Of a DNA stretch of 54,872 nucleotides, positions 46,978-54,157 are shown one piece after another. This DNA comes from a virus (Duplodnaviria > Caudoviricetes), in IMG/VR virus record IMGVR_UViG_3300017971_000334, positions 1 through 54,872 of that record; one strand, given 5' to 3'. The translations under genes were made by a program, and so were the position numbers. The notes under the pieces were generated by a model. It saw only the letters and a list, made by a program, of their open reading frames with translations. It had not been told where the DNA came from and did not search any database. Each line of letters opens with the position of its first letter. Position 1 is the stretch's first letter.

Positions 46978-47122
46978 GGGGTCCTCGTTTTCGTTTCTTA
47001 CGTCCGGCGTTGGCGTGGCTGAGGGCGATGGCGACCGCCTGTTTGTGCGGTTTGCCGTGCGCCTGTTCGGTGCGGATGTTTTCACTGATTACTTTTTGGC
47101 TTTTCCCTTTACGCAGGGGCAT
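46967..47122 (-). CDS. small basic conserved phage protein (below ORF-track cutoff)
   Basis: MPLRKGKSQKVISENIRTEQAHGKPHKQAVAIALSHANAGRKKRKRGPRKG; QAVAIAL family; AAGGAG RBS. Confidence 0.75.
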   Translation of the reverse strand: MPLRKGKSQKVISENIRTEQAHGKPHKQAVAIALSHANAGRKKRKRGPRKG

Positions 47123-47747
47123 GTTTGGACTCCTTGGGCAGCATTCGGTATTCGTCCTCCAAGTGGGGGGCGGGGGGTATGCCGCGTTCCGATTCTGGAA
47201 CCCTTTCGGGGTCCGTCAGGGAGTTGAGTCGTTGGTAGGTCAGGTGCAGCAGGACGTAGCTGGTCAGGTGTTGAGCGACGACGGTGCCGAGGCGGGTGCG
47301 GTGCTTGGCGTTGGAGCCCCACGGAAGCCACAGGAGGTTAAGTTTCATGCGGGCGACGGTGTACTGCATCCAAGAGAGCAGGATGTCGGGGTTGCCCGGC
47401 AGTGGCGGAGTCGGGTTGAAGAATGAGGCCGGTGTCGCTTCGAGGAGTATGGTCGGGTGGGCGCAGGACCGGGTGAGGCGCACGAAGGCGCGTCCGGCGC
47501 GGTGGCGGTCGGTGCCGAGAAGGTTAGAGTAGAGTTCCTGGACGGTGGCCTTGCGCTCAACGATGCAGAGGTTGGTGTATTCTGCTATCCGATAGTCACC
47601 GGTGGGGAGGGTAGCCTTGCGGGTCGTGAGCCCGATGACGCGGGTGGTTAGGTCGAATGGATCCCGAACGGTGATGGTGGCTGGGAAGGAGAGCGGGTGC
47701 TGTTCGCGGGTGTCGATCTCGACTGTCAGCTTTGACGGTAGTTGCAC
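47109..47747 (-). CDS. ERCC4/XPF-family nuclease
   Basis: IDTREQ, LPTGDY, IVERK, LLE. Confidence 0.85.
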   Translation of the reverse strand: MQLPSKLTVEIDTREQHPLSFPATITVRDPFDLTTRVIGLTTRKATLPTGDYRIAEYTNLCIVERKATVQELYSNLLGTDRHRAGRAFVRLTRSCAHPTILLEATPASFFNPTPPLPGNPDILLSWMQYTVARMKLNLLWLPWGSNAKHRTRLGTVVAQHLTSYVLLHLTYQRLNSLTDPERVPESERGIPPAPHLEDEYRMLPKESKHAPA

Positions 47748-49693
47748 AGTTCCGATACCTCGTATCTGAGTGTTACCCTACGTGGCTGCTCAAATATACC
47801 AAAAAGGGATGGGCTTGTCAAGTGGTCGGGAAGAATTTTTTTGACGGTGGACAGCTCGGAAGCGGGGCAGTCGAGGTCGATGGAGTCATAGGTTTGGGAG
47901 CACATCCGGGTACGGAGGCCGAGAGAGCGGAGAGAGAGGAGGAGGGTGTACTGGCAGTGCTGGGTGATCTGGGCGGCGAGGCACTGCACGGGGAAGTTGC
48001 AGATTTCCGTGACGCAGGCGAGGGCGGCCTTGCCGGGGGGAAAGGTGCGAGACCAACCGGTGGGCAGGGAGAGGTAGCCGTCGCGGGAGGCGGAGTCGAT
48101 GAGTTCCGACTGCCACTGGCGGAAGCGGGGGTAGCGGGCGTTGAAGGCATGGATGATTTCCTTGCAGGCGGCGGGGGTGAACTCTCGGTCGAGCAGGCGC
48201 AACAGTTCGTAGTCGCGGGCCCTGCCCGCATCGGTCAGGAGGGTGGAGCGGAACTTGTCGGGACCGCCGAGGTAGAGGACGAGAAAGTTGAGCGTTTTCC
48301 CGGCGGCGCGGTAGATTTTGGTGAAGTCGGCGGGGGTGGGGGACGAGAGTTGGAGGGTGTCGATAATGAGCTGGCCGGTGACGGCGTGGCGGTCGACGCG
48401 GGCGTCCCATTCGTCGAGCATAGTCGGGTCTTGGGAGAGGAAGGCGGCGCAGGCGATTTCGAGTTGCTCGAAGTCGGCGGACAGGCGGGTGCCGGTGAGG
48501 TAGCGGGAGCGGTGGCAGGCTTTGATTTCCGGGGGGAAAGTTTGCAGGCCGGGCTTCGTAGCGGTGATGCGGCCTTGGATGGTGCCCTTGGAGTCGGTGG
48601 AGGACTTGCCGTAGCCGGAGGGAACGAGGTGCCACGAAGGGTAGCACATCGTGGGGGTGGTGAGGCCCTTGGTGCGGGAGGTGAGCAGGGGCTTGTAGTA
48701 GGAGGAGCGAATCTTGGCGAGGTCGGTGTGTTCGTAGATGAGTTCTACGCGGAGGCGGTCGGGGCTGTCGGCGGGCAGGTCGGCGAGCAGTATCTGGAGG
48801 TTGTTCTTGTTGATGCAGATGTCGTGGCGTTCCTTGGTGCGTTCGGTGCGGGGGTCGGAGAGCAGGTTGTGGGCGAGGAAGCACTCGTTGATGAACAGTC
48901 GCTTGGAGGTATCGGAACCCTTGCCCTGAAGGGTGATGTGGTGGGAGTCTGCGGTTTCTACAAGGGTGTTGATCCGCTCCAGATGGGTGTCTGCCGCCCT
49001 TTCGAGGGCGTAGCGGGACATACATACCCCCGACTCCCGCATTTCGAGCCCTACGCGGATTAGGGCGTGGCGATGGTCGGAGCAGGTGGCCGAAAGTTTG
49101 GGGGAAGAGGGGCCGTACTTTTGACGGATGCGGTCGAGGATGAGATCGTAGAGCTGGAGGGTGCGGACGGCATCGGCGGCGTTGTAGTGATGGAGATGGG
49201 AGTCCCACGGTCCGGTGGCGTTGCCCTTCGAGCCGGTGACTTTTTCGGTGGTGTAGGAACCGGGGCCGAAGAGGGTGGTGAGCGGTTTGAGGGCCTTTTC
49301 CGGTCGTTGCTCGAAGTCGAGGAAGTTTACCAACATCAGGTCGTCGTAGCGGAGAGGGCCGCCGACGCGGGTCAGGTAGGAGATGTAGGGGTCCACGTGG
49401 CGGAGCACACAGAGATCGAACACGAGGTTCTGGCCGAGGATGACGGCACCGTGGTCGTGGGCGAGCTTGAGCCACCGGCGCAGGTTGCGGCGGTGAGCGT
49501 GGTCGGAGTAGATAAAGACGGCGGAGTCGTAGCCGGTGGGCGTGCGCCAGCCGAGGGCGACGGAGACGACCGTGTTGTCGGGGGTGAACCCGTCCACAAC
49601 TTCCATTTGTACGGGATGGAAGGTGGTTTGCGTTTGCTCGAAGAGGATGCCGCGAGTTTCGATGTCCAGCGAGAGGATGTCGGGGAAGTTCAT
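47726..49693 (-). CDS. family A DNA polymerase with 3'-5' exonuclease
   Basis: ExoI LDIET, ExoII QNLVFD, ExoIII YNAAD; GRIT, motif A ADFEQLE, motif B R..GKTLNFLVLY, NFPVQ, motif C TYDSI. Confidence 0.92.
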   Translation of the reverse strand: MNFPDILSLDIETRGILFEQTQTTFHPVQMEVVDGFTPDNTVVSVALGWRTPTGYDSAVFIYSDHAHRRNLRRWLKLAHDHGAVILGQNLVFDLCVLRHVDPYISYLTRVGGPLRYDDLMLVNFLDFEQRPEKALKPLTTLFGPGSYTTEKVTGSKGNATGPWDSHLHHYNAADAVRTLQLYDLILDRIRQKYGPSSPKLSATCSDHRHALIRVGLEMRESGVCMSRYALERAADTHLERINTLVETADSHHITLQGKGSDTSKRLFINECFLAHNLLSDPRTERTKERHDICINKNNLQILLADLPADSPDRLRVELIYEHTDLAKIRSSYYKPLLTSRTKGLTTPTMCYPSWHLVPSGYGKSSTDSKGTIQGRITATKPGLQTFPPEIKACHRSRYLTGTRLSADFEQLEIACAAFLSQDPTMLDEWDARVDRHAVTGQLIIDTLQLSSPTPADFTKIYRAAGKTLNFLVLYLGGPDKFRSTLLTDAGRARDYELLRLLDREFTPAACKEIIHAFNARYPRFRQWQSELIDSASRDGYLSLPTGWSRTFPPGKAALACVTEICNFPVQCLAAQITQHCQYTLLLSLRSLGLRTRMCSQTYDSIDLDCPASELSTVKKILPDHLTSPSLFGIFEQPRRVTLRYEVSELCNYRQS

Positions 49694-49750
49694 TTTATGC
49701 CCTGACTGTGATACGGGTGGCTTTCACTTCGATTTCGGTTAGGTTGTTTC

Positions 49751-50452
49751 TCATGGTAAAATCCTTTCGGGGTTCGGGTTGAGGGTATAGTGGATGTTGT
49801 CGGGGAGAGCCCTTTCGGGGTCCCCAGCGAGGTGGCGGGCGAGGAGGTCCCAGTGGAGCTCGGTCGCCTCGACCCACTGGGGGTTTCGGCCCGTGAAGAG
49901 GGCAGCGGGGTGGTAGGTGCAGAAGCAGTAGGGATTGACGGTGGTGGTGAGGTCGGGGAGTTCGGGGTGGAGGGAGCAGAAGCGGTGGCCTTGGCAGTGG
50001 AAGGCCGCCGAGAGCTTGCGGTTGAAAATGGCGTAGGAGGCGGACGCGCCGTTGGCGAAGAGGACGACGTGGGGGTAGGCGGTGCAGAGGATGTCGATGT
50101 CGGCGAGGAGCCACCGGCGACGGCAGTAGCGGACCTGGGACACGGTGGGCTTTTTTCCGAGCGGGGGACGACAGCGGCAGGCGTTGGCGAGGTAGATGTC
50201 GGCGTGGTCGGCGAGGTGGGTCTGGACAAGGAAGGACGAGAGCAGTTCGCCGGTGCGTCCGATCCACGAGGTGCCGGAGCGGTCCTCCTGGGAGCCGGGC
50301 GCTTCGCCGACGATAAGGACGCAGCGCGGCATCCGTTCCCTGTTTGGCGAAAACAGACGGGTCGGGATGCCTACGCTGCGGTTCCCGGAGGTATGCCGCA
50401 GGGCGCACTTGTCGTGGTCACACCCGGTACTGTCGATAAACGAGAGAATCAT
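49751..50452 (-). CDS. family 4 uracil-DNA glycosylase-like protein
   Basis: CDHDKCAL, IVGEAPG, WIGRTG, NACRCRPP, C, TYHPAA. Confidence 0.85.
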   Translation of the reverse strand: MILSFIDSTGCDHDKCALRHTSGNRSVGIPTRLFSPNRERMPRCVLIVGEAPGSQEDRSGTSWIGRTGELLSSFLVQTHLADHADIYLANACRCRPPLGKKPTVSQVRYCRRRWLLADIDILCTAYPHVVLFANGASASYAIFNRKLSAAFHCQGHRFCSLHPELPDLTTTVNPYCFCTYHPAALFTGRNPQWVEATELHWDLLARHLAGDPERALPDNIHYTLNPNPERILP

Positions 50453-50889
50453 TTCTTCGTCCGCCGCATTGCCACCTGCATGGAGCCGATCACACCGGAC
50501 AGTTCCTTGAGGATGTGGTACTTTTCCGTGAAGGCTTGCATGTCCCGATAGGCTTCCTTGAGGAGCTGGTCCCGAAGGATGGAGGATGCCATCACGTCGT
50601 TGATGGTGCGGTAGCCGCCACCGGAACGGTTGCGGTCCGAGCCTACGCTGACGTAGGTGCGGGTGGGCATGTCCTCCCGGACGGTGACGAATACTCGAAT
50701 GAGGCGGCGGGCCTCTTCCAATCGGTACTCGTGGGCGGCTTTGGCGTCGTCCCATGTAAAGTATTGGTGGAGTGGGGACTTTTCCTTCTCGGCGGCCTTC
50801 ACTACCGAGGCAGGGCGCAGTACGCCCCGACCCCGCTTACGGATTTTCTCTAGTTCCTGGTACACTTCGTCTTTCTTTTTCATATTCAT
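50449..50889 (-). CDS. conserved phage protein downstream of the RAMP/array locus
   Basis: LRPASVVKAA...SPLHQYFTWDDAKAAHEYRLEEARRLIR; GGAG RBS. Confidence 0.75.
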   Translation of the reverse strand: MNMKKKDEVYQELEKIRKRGRGVLRPASVVKAAEKEKSPLHQYFTWDDAKAAHEYRLEEARRLIRVFVTVREDMPTRTYVSVGSDRNRSGGGYRTINDVMASSILRDQLLKEAYRDMQAFTEKYHILKELSGVIGSMQVAMRRTKK

Positions 50890-50944
50890 AGCTATCTCCT
50901 ATTGTCGTAAATAGTACGGTACGGGTTGGGTTCCTTCATTCGTT

Positions 50945-51069
50945 GTCGTGTCTGTCTTGTCGTGTCCTGTCCGGTCTAGTCTAGTCAGGTCGTGTCGTGT
51001 CTGTCTTGTCGGGTCGGGTCTCGTCTGGTCTAGTCGCGTCTTGTCAAGTCTGTCGAGTTACGTCTAGTC
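50945..51069 (-). ncRNA. (GAC-NN)n pentamer array, candidate guide RNA
   Basis: 26 phased triplets (25 GAC, 1 AAC) separated by variable dinucleotides, with a single-A spacer every tenth unit; begins inside the TGA stop of the RAMP-like gene; non-coding. The repeat is certain, the RNA role is inferred. Confidence 0.7.
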
Positions 51070-51703
51070 ACTTTAGTTTGAAGGTTCCCAAACCCATACC
51101 GTTTGCTTTTCGGGAATCGTGACGGCCCTCACCGATGCCGACCTGTATCCCCACGCGGAGGAACAGGTTGGTGATGTCGGCGAGGGTAAACATATTGGCG
51201 TCGTATTGGATCTTCACATGGGCTTCCCACCCGGCATCCCACTGGGGTAAGGGATGGATGTCCATCACGCCGGATTCGAGACGGCAAGGGACATCGACCC
51301 GCCGGGGTGTACCCCTAGTGATGCGAACGAGGGGGGTTCCATCGGTTTCGTCGTGTCCGTCAGCGATGCAGAACAGGGAGAGCTTGGCCCGCGTCATAGT
51401 GAACTCTACAAGGCGGCAGGCGCTGATGAGGGCGTTCCGAAACGCACTGGCAGGGATGCCTTTCCACCCCTTCGGAGAGGAATGGATGCACCCTCTGTAC
51501 ATCTCGTCGAAGTTTTTGGGAGGTTTGGCCTTTCGTTTTCCCCGTTGAGCGGAGCCCGCCTCCTGCGCCTCGATCATCGTGATACGTGCTTTGTGGGAAA
51601 ATTTGTTTTGGCGGTAGGGGGCGGTACCAACGATGTGGAACTCGGCGATGGGAAGGTTGGGGGGTGAAATAGCGACTTTTTCTTTTTTCGTGACTTTTGC
51701 CAT
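51068..51703 (-). CDS. stand-alone RAMP (Cas7/Csm3-like) protein
   Basis: FHIVGTAPY first strand, GIPASAFRNAL (compare IPGSSLKG..R of Cas7-group RAMPs), C-terminal Gly-rich loop VGIGEGR...GMGLGTF; AGGAGA RBS. Confidence 0.75.
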   Translation of the reverse strand: MAKVTKKEKVAISPPNLPIAEFHIVGTAPYRQNKFSHKARITMIEAQEAGSAQRGKRKAKPPKNFDEMYRGCIHSSPKGWKGIPASAFRNALISACRLVEFTMTRAKLSLFCIADGHDETDGTPLVRITRGTPRRVDVPCRLESGVMDIHPLPQWDAGWEAHVKIQYDANMFTLADITNLFLRVGIQVGIGEGRHDSRKANGMGLGTFKLK

Positions 51704-51820
51704 TAGGTTTCTCCTAAGTTAAGTAAGGTCCAAAGGACCCCGGAAGGATTATAAATTCTCAGGTTCACGACCCGCTTGGTCCATTTTTTCAATTTTATCC
51801 TTTATATAATCCGCCACTTA

Positions 51821-52159
51821 TCACCTCGTTGCCCCCGCGTAATCGTTTAGGTTTATTTCGCTGCACCATATTCGCCGAAATACCAGGTGATACCGGGGAT
51901 ACGAGTTCGGCTCGTTTTCCGGGTCCGCGAACGAGCAGCCCCATCCGTAGTCGATGTGGTCCGTCGTCAATACCAAATCGTAGCTGCGGATAAAGATCCG
52001 CTCGTTCGGATCGGGGCTAGGGTCTTTCCACACGACGCCCTGCACCCGCCGCGGCGTCATCTCCAGCCAGTTCTCCAACACGTACCGTTCCCGCTCCCCC
52101 GCCCCCCCGCCGGCGGCAATGACACCCGCAATAATCAGGATAAAATAGTACCTTTTCAT
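51821..52159 (-). CDS. hypothetical protein with signal peptide / TM helix
   Basis: MKRYYFILIIAGVIAAG N-terminus. Confidence 0.6.
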   Translation of the reverse strand: MKRYYFILIIAGVIAAGGGAGERERYVLENWLEMTPRRVQGVVWKDPSPDPNERIFIRSYDLVLTTDHIDYGWGCSFADPENEPNSYPRYHLVFRRIWCSEINLNDYAGATR

Positions 52160-52959
52160 GTTTTCTCGTCTTTAAACTTATCTGTTGCGCTCTTCAGCAC
52201 CTTACCGATCTTCTCCATCAATAAATTCACTTCGCCCATTTTTGTCAGCAGATACCTTTCCCCGCTTGTCATTCGGATACGCCCGGTCCCCATACCCATC
52301 CCCGCGGGTTCAGTGACCGCGCCTTTACTACTCTGCGAAGCGGCGCTTCCGACCTTCTTCCCCCGGATAGGCCGGGCGTAACAATAGTACGATCCTGCGG
52401 AGTGGTATGGGAAACCATCCCCCGGCGAGATCCCGCGAAAGCTATCTTTTACCCATGTTTCCCCATCATCGGAAAACTCCGCCTCTTCGTCCCATACGAA
52501 CGCGGGGCCGAGGATTTGGTTTGAGTTTATCGGGTATCGTTTATGGCCCGGAAATCGAACCATATAATGATAATTGGAATCGAGGGGGCCGTCGATAACG
52601 ACGACCCGATCCGTACCCCGCAAGGCATCTTCCATTATAGTGGTAAATCCCCCCAGTACATTCTCTTGCTCCATCAGCTTCTTGGGTTTAACGATCACCC
52701 GATCCCCAATCTGATATTCCGGCTTATAATAATTCATTATGCAGCTCCTTTCTTCTATTTGTACTCCTCCGCTAGACTCATTTATTTCTAACCAAGTAAG
52801 GTACGCCCCAGAAGGTGCCGATAAAGAAGAGTTTTGCACTTTATCACGAGAAATCATTAACTCAGGTGAGATCGAAACGACACTCGCCGCGCTCCCCAGC
52901 GCATTGCTAATCTTTTCCACCCGATCCCCAACCTGATATTCCGGCTTATAATAATTCAT
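52156..52959 (-). CDS. hypothetical protein with duplicated MNYYKPEYQxGDRV N-terminus
   Basis: Two in-frame starts (52959 and 52737), each with an RBS; KOW-like GDRV motif. Confidence 0.65.
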   Translation of the reverse strand: MNYYKPEYQVGDRVEKISNALGSAASVVSISPELMISRDKVQNSSLSAPSGAYLTWLEINESSGGVQIEERSCIMNYYKPEYQIGDRVIVKPKKLMEQENVLGGFTTIMEDALRGTDRVVVIDGPLDSNYHYMVRFPGHKRYPINSNQILGPAFVWDEEAEFSDDGETWVKDSFRGISPGDGFPYHSAGSYYCYARPIRGKKVGSAASQSSKGAVTEPAGMGMGTGRIRMTSGERYLLTKMGEVNLLMEKIGKVLKSATDKFKDEKT

Positions 52960-53153
52960 TTGGTATCACCTCCTTTCGGTGCGTCGGGCAGAGGGCACCA
53001 GTCGGGGATGTCGGTCAGGCAGACGCCCCGATGGCCCTCGGTGAGACGACAATAGAAGTCAGGGTACTGTTGGGGTTGCTGTCCGATGGACGGCTCGCCC
53101 AAGTAGGGGCAGTGGTAGCAGCGGGTTATGGTGAGGGTTACGGTTTTGGACAT
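52956..53153 (-). CDS. small Cys-rich protein (CxxCP...C...IPDWCPL)
   Basis: Common small phage motif; AGGAGA RBS. Confidence 0.65.
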   Translation of the reverse strand: MSKTVTLTITRCYHCPYLGEPSIGQQPQQYPDFYCRLTEGHRGVCLTDIPDWCPLPDAPKGGDTK

Positions 53154-53189
53154 TAGAGTTCTCCTTCAGGTAAGGTACAGGGGTATCTC

Positions 53190-53780
53190 CTAATCCCACC
53201 GTTGGAAAGAGGGGGAAAGTTGCTGGTTTTGTTTCGTAATAGCGTCCGGGTTGGAGTTGAGAATGGCCTTGGCCAGTTCGAGGATGGTGCCGGAACAGAC
53301 TTCGTAGCCGCGTTTCTGGTAGTTGAAGGCGCGGCGGATGCTGTCGAGTTCGTAGCCGGTCTGGATTTGGTGGACGGAGAGCCGCTTGGTGAGTACGGAC
53401 CAGACGGCCTGCACGGTGGAGTAGATTATCTCGCCGTCGTATCCGAACTGACAGATGGTATAGTCGAACTTGTCGAGGGTGGTCAGGATGTCGTCGGAGA
53501 ACACTTTGATGAGTTGGATGGGCGCGTCTCGGAACCGGTAGGTGTCGGCTCGGTCGTGCTTCCACGAGAGATGGGAGTCCTCGATTCGGTTCAGACGTCG
53601 GAAGTTGTCGAGAGAGGGTTGGTTTTTGGCGAAGACGTCGATGTCCTTGGTCTTTTCGTCGCCGGTGAACCAGGAGCGGATGCAGCCGCCACAAAGCCAT
53701 ACGGATTTGTCGTCGGGGAGTTCGACCGGGGGTTGTTCACCGGACATAATGTCGAGGGGTAGTTCGATAGGTACAATCAT
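53190..53780 (-). CDS. nucleotidyltransferase (CCA/poly(A) polymerase head-like)
   Basis: LCGGCIR, KDIDVF (DxD), IQLI, FDYTICQ, R...YQKRGY. Confidence 0.75.
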   Translation of the reverse strand: MIVPIELPLDIMSGEQPPVELPDDKSVWLCGGCIRSWFTGDEKTKDIDVFAKNQPSLDNFRRLNRIEDSHLSWKHDRADTYRFRDAPIQLIKVFSDDILTTLDKFDYTICQFGYDGEIIYSTVQAVWSVLTKRLSVHQIQTGYELDSIRRAFNYQKRGYEVCSGTILELAKAILNSNPDAITKQNQQLSPSFQRWD

Positions 53781-54046
53781 GGGGTTTGCCCTTTCTGCCG
53801 CAGGCAGGCGGCGTGGATGGAGGGTCGAAAGAGGGTTGAGAGGGGGTCGTCGGGGCCGGACCAGGAGTCGTAGATGGCTTGGAGTACGGGGGTGGGGATG
53901 CGGTAGATGTGGGTGGGGCGCACGTGGGTTCCGGGCAACCTGGGGAGGTAGTGCCGGATGCAACAAGTCTTGGAGTTCGCGGAGATGCACTCGCAGAGGT
54001 GCGACCTGGTTCCATACGTGTAGCCGAGTAGGTGGCGGGGTGTCAT
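53777..54046 (-). CDS. hypothetical protein
   Basis: 89 aa, ATGA coupling downstream, AAAGGAA upstream. Confidence 0.5.
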   Translation of the reverse strand: MTPRHLLGYTYGTRSHLCECISANSKTCCIRHYLPRLPGTHVRPTHIYRIPTPVLQAIYDSWSGPDDPLSTLFRPSIHAACLRQKGQTP

Positions 54047-54058
54047 GGCAGGTTCCTT

Positions 54059-54157
54059 TCATAATGCGGTGGTTAGGGTTTCACAGCCCCTTAGGGCGAA
54101 CAGGGCGACGAACAGGCAGAAGCCCCAGATGGCGATGTGGACGGGGATGTCTTTCAT
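54059..54157 (-). CDS. 32-aa hydrophobic peptide
   Basis: MKDIPVHIAIWGFCLFVALFALRGCETLTTAL; ATGA overlap with upstream gene. Confidence 0.45.
   Translation of the reverse strand: MKDIPVHIAIWGFCLFVALFALRGCETLTTAL

Noticed and set aside
10860-49475. Many long antisense or off-frame ORFs (e.g. 13416..15029, 18778..20286, 26623..28704, 47886..49475)
   Set aside because: Expected in GC-rich DNA opposite real genes; no motifs, no RBS, biased composition.
51003-51047. Array unit 1 (…GA CC CC…) targeting the dispersed GGACCCCGG motif
   Set aside because: Only 6 concatenated bases agree and I found no in-phase gapped match; chance level without a computed search.
50945-51069. Canonical CRISPR array or simple microsatellite
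   Set aside because: There are no 23-47-nt repeats with unique spacers; the constant part is only 3 nt. Variation confined to NN and the exact 49-nt period argue against a slippage microsatellite.
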